Below, one piece after another: positions 25,895 through 37,885 of a stretch of 64,000 nucleotides of DNA. Source of the DNA: Octopus vulgaris (lineage: Eukaryota). Location of the stretch: contig OX597819.1 in the NCBI GenBank assembly GCA_951406725.2, forward strand, positions 111,662,001 through 111,726,000, read 5' to 3'. Within the stretch, counting starts at the first letter, position 1, and the number at the start of each line of letters is the position of its first letter. A program made the translations under genes and the position numbers. The notes beneath the pieces were generated by a model. It was not told the DNA's origin, did not search any database, and worked only from the letters and a program-made list of their open reading frames with translations.

Positions 25895-26770
25895 ATCCCG
25901 TAAGCTAGAGGGTAACAACATTAACAAGAAGAGTAGCCGCTTCTGCAACAGGAGATAGTTACTAAATACATGATAAACAAGCAGGACAAAGATACCGCCA
26001 AACCTCCACGTCGTGATAAAACAATATCGGCTCTGCTATACCATTGTGGAAGATACTAATTGCCCGACAAGCATCATATAGTTGCAAAGATCATTCGCAA
26101 CGCTATCTGCAGGAAGGACTACTCTGATGTATACATCAAAAACATGTCAGAACCAGCAGATATTCACTCCCTTAAAAATGATAAATACTGGTGGAACACC
26201 CCAGTAAAAACATTAATTTGGTGCAAACATAACAGACCTGATATTGCTCTGTGAGACGGGGAACAAGAGTCACTCATTCTTGCAGAGGTCAGATCTACAA
26301 CAATGCAATTTTCTTGTTGTAGAAGTCAAGAAAAAGGAAAATTTATGGAGAATTAATGCGGAATTTACAGCTCTTGTTTCCCAACTATGAATTCTCATTT
26401 GTACCGTCAGCATAGAGGCATTAGGTTATGTACCGTCAAATTTGCACAAAATCCTGGAAATACTGTTTCACAGTAAAAGGGCAAAAGAACCTGATGCAGT
26501 TTCTCTAAATCCAATCTATTAGTGGCACGGTGAAGATTTGTAAGACAGTCCCAAATTTTCCATGTCGGATTCTTGTAGGAATAGATGCACACACTTGGGT
26601 GTATGCATCTACAGTTCAACCAAAACACTAACTCAACCACATATTTACAAACACCGCAAAATCTTTTAACTCAATAAGTTTTGCTGGTTTATTTGCAATC
26701 GGCTTGAACTCTCTCAAGAACTTAAATACAACTCAAAGAAAAATTATACATACATACATACATACATACA
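25895..26770 (+). mobile_element. R4/Dong-like LINE, restriction-like endonuclease domain plus 3' end (copy 3)
   Basis: KHHIVAKIIRNAI...YWWNTPVKT...KHNRPDIAL*D...ILAEV matches the RHD.VA / NRPD / E-K motifs of REL endonucleases; ends in (TACA)n. Confidence 0.85.
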
Positions 26771-27264
26771 TATTTACATAGATTCACCTATAGCAAGGTG
26801 AAGTTTGAATGCTATTTAGCTGCTATTTCTAGGAATTTGTGTAATTGTATGGGGACTTCTTCGTTGACTTTTTGATCGAAGGAATCTTTCTCTTCAGCTT
26901 TGAGTTATTCACCGAACAAAGCAAAAACTTTTTGGATATATTCTTGATTTTAGGGAGCTAACCATAGTTGTTTTCTTTGGATATGGTTATTTAACTTCCA
27001 CTTTTCATCATTTGTTGTCATTCTACACATGAAAGGTTCGATAACAAGTTTCCTCTTCAAATTCTATCAGAGATCAACACTTTGACTAAGCTGAGAAGCA
27101 CTCAGACCAAGTTTAAACACTTTTCCTACTTCATGATGATGTTTTATAAACGAAGTATGACTTGAATTGAACTGCTTTGCACATATTCATATATATACAT
27201 TCATACATAGATATATACATGCATGCATACATAAATATATTGATAGACACACACACACACAATA

Positions 27265-27420
27265 TTGGTGTGTGGTAAGAAGTTGTTTCCCAACCCATGG
27301 TTCTGGGTTCAGTCTCACCACGAGGTTATAGAAGTGTCTTCTTCTATAACCTCGGGCCGACCCAAGCTTTGTGAGTGCATTAGGGAGACGGAAACTGAAA
27401 GAAGCCTACCATATGTTATA
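27265..27420 (+). mobile_element. Degenerate SINE-A 5' half
   Basis: gtgtggtaagaag...gggttcagtc...cctcgggccgacccaagc...gacggaaactgaaagaagcc. Confidence 0.8.
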
Positions 27421-27438
27421 TGTATGTATGCATGTATG

Positions 27439-27535
<97 letters not shown>

Positions 27536-27882
27536 TTTTATTAGTTTCAGCCATGTTACAGTGGTCATGCTGGAGCAACACGTTTTGAATATGCAAATAA
27601 TGCTCCTATACCATTGAGCCGGCTATAGTCTAATGACGCTGACTGGTGAACCAGTTTTCGGGGTTGCATCGAGTAACCAGCTTTCGCAATGGTCAACAAG
27701 CATAAAATCCCTTTGGTAAACATCCACTGAAGAAATGAATCCATAAAGATCTTTTATCCGATGCCCACGGATACTACGGACTACACTCTAATCATCCCAT
27801 GAATATGGACTGTGATCTTAAGAGACATAAGATCTGTGAAAACGCGCGTAAATTCTATCCAAGGATTATTGTTATGATTATC

Positions 27883-27935
<53 letters not shown>

Positions 27936-27950
27936 TGTGTGTATGTGTGC

Positions 27951-27989
<39 letters not shown>

Positions 27990-28045
27990 GTACGTTTATA
28001 TATTTGTTGTGCAAGATTTTTATGTGAAGTCGTGTGTTGAAACAG

Positions 28046-28171
28046 ATATTGTTATATTTCGGAATGGTCATTTTGCCAGTTTAGCCAATAAAAACACACG
28101 CACTATATAACACCAAATATATAGTGCGTGTGTTTTTATTGGCTAAACTGGCAAAATGACCATTCCGAAAT

Positions 28172-28181
<10 letters not shown>
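28046..28181. repeat. Near-perfect inverted repeat (about 64-bp arms, 8-nt loop)
   Basis: 28046-28109 versus 28118-28181, 1 mismatch. Confidence 0.95.
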
Positions 28182-28218
<37 letters not shown>

Positions 28219-28219
28219 G

Positions 28220-28434
28220 CACTTGTTTCAGTCATTTAACTGCGGCCATGCTGGAGCACCGCCTTTAGAGTGGTGAAAGAGTACAGCAGGGATCACCACC
28301 TCCTGCCGGAGCCTCGTGGAGCTTTTAGGTGTTTTTTCGCTCAATAAACACACACAACGCCCGGTCTGGGAATCGAAACCGCGATCCTCCGACCGCAAGT
28401 CCGCTGCCCTAACCACTAGGCCATTGCGCCTCCA
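28220..28434 (-). mobile_element. Chimeric SINE: SINE-B head joined to SINE-A tail
   Basis: Minus strand: B head to ...ctctttcaccactc, then taaaggcggtgctccagcatggccgcagttaaatgactgaaacaag. Confidence 0.85.
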
Positions 28435-28459
28435 CATATATATATATATATATATAATA

Positions 28460-29900
28460 GAAGCAGGTTTCTATGTAAAAAGACTACAAGTGGTATAATT
28501 AGGGGGAAAGTAACAAGAAACAAAGATATACTCATACTAATAAGTTATTTGAGGTGGAATTAAGAAGTATAAAAATCATTATCATGAGTCAATATAGAAA
28601 TTCAAGAAAGTCATACCGGTTTCGTCATCGCTGTTCACTGACTTTGAGTCTAATAGTACCTGAGTGAAAAGATTGCATGTAAGGGAGGTAAGCAGTTCTG
28701 AATGTGAAGTAATTAGGTTAATGTGATTAATAGAGTTTGAATGGTATATGGGATGTATGGGGATTAATGGAATTATTGGTATTAGTAAGATTAGTAGTGT
28801 CCTGTATTAAGTTATGTGTGCATGTTAAGTTGTGGTTGCCTCTTTATTTAGTCTTCACTGCGCTGAGGAGTTCTGGGAACATTGATAAAAAGGGAAAATT
28901 AGGATGTTTGGTTTACGGATCCTAGCACATCTATATGTTCACTGTTTATATTGTAGGAAGCGATTTGTTCTTTGTGAAGCGTTCTTCTTTGTCTGAAGAA
29001 CATTCATGTTCGGCCTATATAGTGGTTTCCGCAACCTAAGCAGGTAATAACACAGATTAGGTTTTCAGAGTCACGAGTGAAATTTGACTTTATCTTATAT
29101 ATATCACCTTGTTTGAAGTGAAATTCTCAACCCTTCAAAAGATGGGGGTATATACCACCGTTAGGCCACCTGCATTTTTTCACTTTTGGTTCTGTTGTTA
29201 AGGGATATAGTCTTGCGCCGGTTAATATTTTTTCCATGATTTCGGTTACATTTTGCTTCTGATAATTTTGTGTGAGCCCAAAATTTCGTTCATAGTTTTA
29301 TCTCCAGTGAGAATGGTTAGGTTTTGGACGATGATGTTGAATGCCTCATTGTTTCATGGGTTATGTGTGGAGGTGTATGGGAGTACTTTTGGTGTAGTAT
29401 TTCGGTTGACTTCCCTTAATGTTCGTACATCTATTTCCATAGCTCGTTTAATGCCATCATTCATTAATGATGTTGGATAATGTCTTTTGATTAGTATTGA
29501 TCTGAGTTCAAGGAGTCTTCGTTCACGAGTATAGGTGTCCGAAACTATGGTACATATTCTTTTCGCTAGATTATAAGGTATATTAATTTCTATGTGTTTG
29601 GAGTGGCATGAGTTGAATAATAGGTATTGTCTTGAATCTCCGGGTTTATAAAAGATGTCTGTTTCGATGTGGTTATTGACTATTTTAATTAGGTTGTCAA
29701 CAAAGGGAAGTTCTTTATTGCTGTGTTCCACAGTGAATTGCATGTTGCTATTGATAATGTTGAGCATCATTCTGAACTCAAGGAGTTTGTCCATACTATC
29801 GTTCCAAAGTATAAAGCAATCATTTGATTACCTTTTCCAGTTCTCCTTTAAATAGCAATGAAATAAGGTACCATATTTTTGCTGTGATCATTGGTATACA
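28460..29900 (-). mobile_element. Penelope-like element (RT thumb + GIY-YIG), degenerate, 5'-truncated
   Basis: ORF 29354-29794 QFTVEHSNKELPFVD...TDIFYKPGDSRQYLLFNSCH...IPYNLAKRICTIVSD; downstream GCGNHYIGRT (GIY-YIG) near 29010-29035. Confidence 0.92.
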
Positions 29901-30090
29901 CAGACAGGCAAATATATATGGATGTGTGTGTCGGTGTACGTCTCCCATAACATCCCTGTAACTTAGGGACTTGGCCAAAGAGACTTATAGAATACGTACC
30001 AGGCTTAATAAAAAAACTGGGATTGATTCATTCGACCAAAAAATTCTTCAAGGTTGGCCGCAGTCTAATGACTAAAAGAAGAAAAAGATA
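29900..30090 (+). mobile_element. Degenerate SINE-A 3' part
   Basis: taacttag...atagaat...cgac...ggccgcagtctaatgactaaa. Confidence 0.65.
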
Positions 30091-30627
30091 AATACATATG
30101 TATGTGTGTGTGAGTGTGAGTGTGTGTGTGGGTGTGGGTGTATGCTTATAAATGCACGCTTGTGTGCGTGTGTATTATGTTAATGTGTTTTTTTGTATTT
30201 GTTTTCCTTTGTGAAACGTTGTTTTGTTTAATTCCATTTTCGATTACTTTTATTTTTATTCCAGCATTTTCCTTTTTATCCTTATATTTTGTGTTAACTG
30301 TTTTTCTTAAATATTTTCTGTTCTTCTTGCTAAATTTTTAGGGGGGAAAGAATAGAGAGATATGATTTGAGAGAAAGGAAGGAAATTGAGAGGTAGAGAG
30401 GGGGTACCATTCTTCCATGTATGTATGTGTGTGCGCGTGTGTGGTAGTGTGTGTATGTGTGTGTGTGTGAGTGTGCATGCTGGCGTGTTTGTATATGTAT
30501 ATATATAAATATGTTTGTATATGTGCACACATATACAAACATATAGACGCACAGACACATATATATTTGTGTGTGTGTGTTTCTATGTTGTGTGTGTGTA
30601 TGTATATATATATATATATATATACAT

Positions 30628-30672
<45 letters not shown>

Positions 30673-31244
30673 TATATATATATATATATGAACATTTTAT
30701 AAATCTTTATTGTTGTTTTATAATTCAAAACTTTTAGCTTGAACTCTCATGAAAGAGGAGACACTAATGTTACTCTCTCATCCTTGTCTTTCTCTCTCTC
30801 TCTCTCTATCTATCTGTCTATCTCTATCTATCTCTCACTGACTTTCCCTCCCTCTCTCTCTGTTTCCCTCTCTCTCGTTCTCTCTACCTTCCTGCCTTCC
30901 TGCCCCTTAATATTCGCCATATTATTCAACATTTAAGCCAGACATGTTGCAATGAACAGAAATAAGATACGCCATTTCCCAACAACACATTAGCTTAAAA
31001 TATTTCAGCAACCTTTTTTGTTTGTCTTTTTCACTTGGAACAGGTAAGAGTGTGAAGAATACTTCTGGTGGTGGTGGTGCGGGTGGGGGTGGGGCGACGA
31101 TGGTGGCAAAAGCGGCGGTGTTGGTCGTGGCACTGTTGTTTGTTCTGGTGGTGGTGGTGCTAGTGGTGATAGTAGCAGTCAGAGTAGTTATAATAGTGGT
31201 GGTAGTACAGGTGCTAGTGGGGTTAGTGGTACTGGAAATAGTGA

Positions 31245-31304
<60 letters not shown>

Positions 31305-31719
31305 TCGTCGTGACGATGCTTGAGGTACTGGTGGTAGTAGCAGCGGAGTGGTTTGTGAACATAGTGGCGGGTGGTGGTGGTGGTGCTGCTGTTGGTAGTA
31401 ATGGTGGTTAGCACTGGTGCCACTCACTCAGTTGTTAGTGGTGGTGGTAGTGGTGGTGGTGGGTGCTGGTTGTGTTAATAGTAGTGGTGATATAGTGGTA
31501 TTAGTAATATATCTAGTAACGGAGGTGGTAGTGATGAATACAGACGTAGCTGTCGTTGTACTGGTGGTAGTTGTGTGGTTAGTATTAGTTGTGGTTCTTA
31601 TTATGATTGTGACTAAAATGTTTGTAGAAATAATGGTATTGGTGTAATTTATGGAAGAGGTGGTAGTTACAGAATTGGTAGTAGTGGTATTTGTGGTTGT
31701 AGTGGTGGCCGTAAAAAAC

Positions 31720-32079
31720 CTTTTATTGTTTTACACGTTTCAGCCATTTTGACAGCGGTCATGTTGGAGTACCGCTTTCAAAGGCTTTAGTCGAATAAAT
31801 CAACCCCAGGACTTATTCTTTGTAAGCCTAGTACCTTTCTATCGGTTTTTTTGCCCGATCCGCTAAGTTACGGGAAAATAAACAAGCCAGTATTGGTTGT
31901 CAAGCGATGGTAAGGAGACCAACACAGATACACACATAAATACACATACATACATACATACACACATACCTACATACATACATACATACATATATACATA
32001 CATACATACATACATACATACACACACACACATACATACATACATACATACATACATACACACATACATACATACATAC

Positions 32080-32141
<62 letters not shown>

Positions 32142-32161
32142 TACATACATACATACATACA

Positions 32162-32192
<31 letters not shown>

Positions 32193-32408
32193 GCGCACAC
32201 ACTCACACACTCACACACACACACACACAAATATATATATATATGCGACAGGCTTCTTTCATTCTCCGATCAAATCCCCTCACAAGATTTTGGTCGGCCC
32301 GATGATATAGTAGAACACATTTGCCCAAGATGCCACGCAGTGGAACTGAACCCGAAACCGTGTGGTCGAGAAGCAAGCTTCTTACCACGCAGCCACGCCT
32401 GCGCCTAT
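31720..32408 (-). mobile_element. SINE-A, full length, with expanded internal (TACA)n
   Basis: Tail 31720-31930, microsatellite 31930-32245, head 32245-32408. Confidence 0.9.
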
Positions 32409-33135
32409 AAGTGCTGATATGCGCTACAACGCGTTGGGTATGTCTAAAAATTTGAGACTAAATGAGCTTGGTTGGAATATCTCCAATCAAATTACTGCTC
32501 CATAGTGGCCATGCTGTCGCAATTCCTTTAAGGGTGAAGCCTGTTACATTGATAACTATATTTGTTCCTCGCTTTTGGAAGGCAGACAATTAAAATTGGC
32601 CAAGGCGGAATTTCAAATTTGAACCGGAACCCAAAAGTTACATTCCAACTATCCACGCAAAATTATCGATTTTTAACATTGGCAAGCAGGAAGAAGAGCA
32701 TTCATTTAAATCAATCTAATTACTTGACATGTACTTATCTTCTTAACCCCAAATTTTGAAAAGTGTTGTTGATAACGGCGGGATTTGAAACCAGAATGTA
32801 ACTAAAATCAGCACAAAACTTTGTCTTCCACTCTACCGTTTCCATTTTTCCCTATCCTTCGATTTTCTCCGTAGGATAATATAGATACTGCACACAGTTA
32901 CTCGACTTGCTATAATTTCCTCAAATAATATCACACCGTGTTATACGATTAATTAAATAAATAGATAAATACATAAATAAAAGTGAACTTGATACATCTC
33001 TAATCCCAAGTACATCTCTAAAAACATGAAACAGGATGGTCGTGGATGGAATATATTTTATCATATCACCGCTCTATCTTGACAGTCCAGAGGCTAAACA
33101 AACTTAACAACATTAACATAGGTGTTACTATACAT

Positions 33136-33465
33136 CAATGGTTCTCAACCGCGACCCATATGAACCTTGGAGACCCACATGACCCTTGGAGGCCCATATG
33201 ACCCTTGGGGGCCCACATGACCATTGGGGACCCACATGATCCTTGAGGGTGCATATAAAGTTTGGTTATTAAAAACGATGAGCGAGAAATCGGTTATACT
33301 TCTACAAGGCATAAAATATTTTAACAATTTTTGTATAATTCCTTATAATATTTAATTATAAACCTGTTAAGGGTTTTTTTTCTAAATATCAAATGATTAT
33401 GAGGTCCAGTAGAGGAAAATACGAATCAAAAGGGCCCACAGGCAAAAAATGGTTGGGAACCACAG
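33136..33465. mobile_element. hAT-like MITE with internal 19-bp minisatellite
   Basis: Ends caatggttctcaacc / ggttgggaaccacag; five 19-bp units at 33153-33247; TSD not preserved. Confidence 0.8.
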
Positions 33466-33749
33466 CAGTTGAGGTATAATTATATTTACTCAATGTATTG
33501 AGAATAAGCTAGCCAGAAAACATACCTGAAAAACAGGTACATCTGGGGTTAACATTTAAAAAGGTCACTAGCTTAGAACAATCTCCTTTAAATCATACCC
33601 TACCGTTTGGATAAAAAAAGGAGCTGACCTATTCGATAAAGTAGTTCATGATTTCTCCGAAAATACAAGTGGAAAACCATAACAACACAAGATGCTCAAA
33701 AAACATAAAGAACTACCAATGTTAGAAATGAAAATATTCATTTCTTTTC

Positions 33750-34105
33750 TTAATTCATCGACTCCGAAAGGATGAAAGGCAAAGTCGACTTCGGCGGAAT
33801 TCGAACCCACAACATAAAGACAGACGAAATGCCGCTAGGAATTTCGCCTGGTGTGCTAACGCTTCTGCCAGATCGCTGCCTTAAAATAATCTATTCAACT
33901 CCAGGCACAAGGCCTGGATTATGTGGGGAGGGGAATAGTCGATCACGTTGACCCCAGTACTCAACTGGCACTTGATTTATCAACTTCAAATGAATGAAAA
34001 GCAAAATCGACCACGGCGGAATTTAAACTCAGAACGTAGCGGCAGATGAATACAGCTAAGCATTTCGCCCCGTGTGCTTAACGATTCTGCCAACTCGCCG
34101 CCTTT
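33750..34105 (-). mobile_element. Two tandem SINE-C copies
   Basis: Core at about 33760-33880 and 33900-34105. Confidence 0.85.
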
Positions 34106-34140
34106 AGAAATGAAGATATTAAACACGTAAATTACTGGTA

Positions 34141-34450
34141 GTGGAGGTGCAATGGCCCAGTGGTTAGGGCAGCGGACTCGCGATCGGAGGATCGCGGTTT
34201 CGATTCCCAGACCGGGCGTTGTGTATGTTTATTGAGCGAAAACACCTAAATGCTCCACGAGGCTCAGGCAGGGGTTGGTGGCGACCTCTGTTGTATTCTT
34301 TTCCCACAATTTTCTCTCGCTCTCTCTTCCTATTTCTTTAGTAACGCTGCGATGGACTGGCGTCCCGTCCAGCTGGGTGGGGGGACACATACGCCACAGA
34401 AACCGGGAAACCGGGCCCATGAACCTGGCTAGGCTTGAAAAGGACGAGGA
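34141..34450 (+). mobile_element. SINE-B with tail B2, full length
   Basis: tRNA-like A box tggcccagtgg and B box ggtttcgattccc; 13-bp TSD taaattactggta (34128-34140, 34451-34463). Confidence 0.95.
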
Positions 34451-34766
34451 TAAATTACTGGTAAATGCATTTCATAATTTACTGAAAGAGTCAGGAACAA
34501 ATACTAAATAGCTTGCCTTGGAAAAGATGTAGTCTTAATCATTATGACTAAAAAGTAGGGCCAAAGTACTTTAAAAATTTGGTTTCCCCCATATATATGT
34601 AATTCAAGATATGAACAATGATAAACCATAAAATATATTTTCATTTCTCTAAACAAAACAAAACTAATATTAAGATGAAAAATAATATTTATTTTTGCAT
34701 ATATCCACTTTATTTATGTTTGGAAAGTTTTCTCCTGCTTCTTTTAATTGCAAAGTCTTTGATCAT

Positions 34767-35150
34767 GGAAGCACTCCGTCGGTTACGACGACGAGAGTTC
34801 CGGTTGATTCGAATCAACGTAACAGCCTGCTCGTGAAATTAACGTGTAAGTGGCTGAGCACTCCACAGACACGTGTACCCTTAACGTAGTTCTCAGAGAG
34901 ATTCAGCGTGACACAGAGAGTGACAAGGCCGGCCCTTTGAAATACAGGTACAACAGAAACAGGAAGTAAGAGTGAGAGAAAGTTGTGGTGAAAGAGTACA
35001 GCAGGGATCACCACCATCCCCTGCCGGAGCCTCGTGGAGCTTTAGGTGTTTTCGCTCAATAAACACTCACAACGCCCGGTCTGGGAATCGAAACCGCGAT
35101 CCTATGACCGCGAGTCCGCTGCCCTAACCACTGGGCCATTGCGCCTCCAC
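34767..35150 (-). mobile_element. SINE-B with tail B1, full length
   Basis: TSD tttgatcat (34758-34766, 35153-35161); near-identical to 38742-39132. Confidence 0.95.
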
Positions 35151-35379
35151 TTTTTGATCATATCTTCCCTATGACACCATGAATACCTCGAAATTGAATT
35201 TCCGATTATATAATTCAGTTCGAATATTATTTTAGCAAGTTTAAAGTTTTTTTTTCTTTTTTTTGTGTTGTAAACCATTTACCCTTTCTGTGGTTCCCCG
35301 CTTCCCTTGATGCCCTAAGCGAACTAAATTCAATCTTTTATATATAAATATATATACATAAGGATAAGCATATTAAATA

Positions 35380-35460
35380 GGGTCCGTGGGAAAACTCACT
35401 TAAATAGAAGGGTTGGGAACTACTGTCGGGAACCACTGTAAAATGGTTGCGAACCACCGT
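35380..35460. mobile_element. hAT MITE end repeated three times
   Basis: ggttgggaactactg / gggaaccactg / ggttgcgaaccaccg, each like the 33451-33465 TIR. Confidence 0.6.
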
Positions 35461-35729
35461 TCTCAATAGTGACGACACCAAGTTGTACATTGCAGACGAC
35501 AAAAGAATAATTGGTAACTTCGATTCGTAAATACAGCTCCCTCCTCACCGGGTTCGGAAGATGGATTTATACGAAACTCTGTTCCGAAATTTTCACCATG
35601 TTAGCATTAAAGGTATTTTGAATTATTTTAAAACATCAAACTCATTTTAGGTAAAGAAACATAGATCGTAATATATGAGCAAATACATGCTTAAACCTAC
35701 CTTTTTTGGCTTCACAGTCATAGAACATG

Positions 35730-36140
35730 TTTACTCTTTTTACTCTTTTACTTGTTTCAGTCATTTGACTGCGGCCATGCTGGAGCACCGCCTTTAGTCG
35801 AGCAAATCGACCCCAGGACTTATTCTTTGTAAGCCTAGTACTTATTCTATCGGTCTCTTTTACCGAACCGCTAAGTTACGGGGACGCAAACACACCAGCA
35901 TCGGTTGTCAAGAGATGCTGGTGGGACAAACACAGACACACAAACATATACACACATGTATATAAATATACATATATAGGATGGGCTTCTTTCAGTTTCC
36001 GTCTACCAAATCCACTCACAAGGCTTTGGTCGGCCCGAGCCTATAGTGAAAGATACTTGCCCAGGGTGCCACGCAGTGGGATTGAACTCGAAAGCATGTG
36101 GTTGGCAAGCAAGCTTCTTACCACACAGCCACTCCTGCGC
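35730..36140 (-). mobile_element. SINE-A, full length
   Basis: Head gcgcaggagtggctgtgtggtaag, internal TG/TA tract, tail ...gactgaaacaagtaaaagagta. Confidence 0.95.
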
Positions 36141-36299
36141 TAATTTGCGCACACTTCTACAGAATTAATACCACATTTGAAGATGAAAAGGCTTAATTTA
36201 TTTTTGAACCAAAGCAGTAGCGTGTTCAAACAAATTGAATACAATTAGTTTCGAATAAAACGTAAATGTATTTAAGGGGACGTTTTATTTATGCATCCA

Positions 36300-36543
36300 T
36301 GCGTAGGCATGAGTGTGTGTAATTAAGAAGCTCGCTCTTAAACCGCTTGGTTTCTGGTTCAGTCCCACTATGCAGCGTCTGGAGCAAGTTTCTTCGACTA
36401 CACCCCAGACCTACCAATGCCTTGAGAGTCAATTTGATTGACGGAAACTGTGTGCGTGTGTGTTTGTGTTAGTGTGTGTGCGTGTGTTCTGTGTGTTTGT
36501 GTGTGTTTGTGTGTGTTTATGTGTGTGCGTGTGTGTGTATGTA

Positions 36544-36574
<31 letters not shown>

Positions 36575-36812
36575 TTGTGTGTGTATGTGTGTGTGTGTGC
36601 GTGTTCGTATTTGTCTCTCCAACAGCTTGACAACCTGTGCTGGTTTGTCAAAACGACGTCATAACTTAGCAGTTCGGCAAATGAGTCCGATAGAATAATT
36701 ACCAGTATTATAAGAAAAACAAAAGAACATAATCCTAGGGTCTATTTGTTCGAATAAACACTTCAGGCGCTGCCTCAGCATGGTCGCAGTCCAATGATTG
36801 AAATAAACAACA
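36300..36812 (+). mobile_element. Degenerate SINE-A
   Basis: Head, (TG)n middle and tail cagcatggtcgcagtccaatgattgaaa. Confidence 0.8.
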
Positions 36813-37059
36813 GATATCGTTATTATGGCACATGGTATATGTGGAACATCAAGAGAATGCTCAAAACCTTTTATTTACCTTTCTTATTCTCGGAACAAAG
36901 TATTTCTTCAATGAAATTTTGGAGAGAACTGAAGAACTATGCAATACACTATGCGTGAAACCCACCAACTGATAACATAAACAGTATTTCTGTCTTAAGA
37001 TATTCGCAAGACAGTCTGCAGTTGCTGAATAGCAGTTTTCAGTCATGTTACCAGCAAAT

Positions 37060-37457
37060 CCTTTCTATTACAGACACAAGGCCTAAAATTTGAGGGACGG
37101 AGATAGTCGATTACATCGACCCCAGTACTCAGCTGGTACTTAATTTATCGTTCCCGAAAGAATGAAAGGTAAAGCCGACCTCGGCAGAATTTGAACTCAG
37201 AACGTAGCGGCAGACGAAATACCTATTTCTTTACTACTCACAAGGGGCTAAACACAGAGGAGACAAACAAGGATAGACAGACGGATTAAGTCGATTATAT
37301 AGACCCTAGTGCGTAACTGGTACTTAATTTATCAACCCCGAAAGAATGAAAGGCAAAGTCGACCTCGGCGGAATTTGAACTCAGAACGTAACGGCAGACG
37401 CAATACGGCTACGCATTTCGCCCGTCGTGCTAACGTTTCTGCCAGCTCACCGCCTTT
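37060..37457 (-). mobile_element. Dimeric SINE-C
   Basis: Two Meta-like cores joined at aaagaaata|ggtatttcgtctgcc (about 37222). Confidence 0.9.
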
Positions 37458-37474
37458 CACGCTACTAACAAATG

Positions 37475-37885
37475 ACGCAAACGTGGTCGTGTGGTTAAGA
37501 AATTCGATATGCAACCACGTGGTTTCAGGTTCAGTCCCACTGTATAATACCTTGGGCGAGTGTTTTGTACTAAGGCCCAGGGTCGATTGACGCCGTGTGA
37601 ATGAATTTTGGAGGACGAAAGCTGCGTGGAAACCCGTCATATATATGAGTTCGTGTGTGTATGTGTGAGTCTTTGAGTTAGTGTTTGTCATCTCTTACCC
37701 ACCACTCGACATCTGGTGTTAGTTTTTTTATGTCCCAATAATTTTTTGCGGTTCGGCAAAAAAATTGGTATAAGCACTAGACATTTAGAAGACAAGTACT
37801 GGAATCGATTTTTCGACTAAAGCCCTTCAAGGCGGGACTCCAGCGTAGCTGCAGTCCAATAACTGAAACAAGTAAACGATACAAG
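37475..37885 (+). mobile_element. Degenerate SINE-A
   Basis: Head gtggttaag...ggttcagtcccactg; tail gcagtccaataactgaaacaagtaa. Confidence 0.8.

Noticed and set aside
33153-33247. CRISPR-like array
   Set aside because: Head-to-tail 19-bp units with no unique spacers, inside a hAT MITE in eukaryotic DNA.
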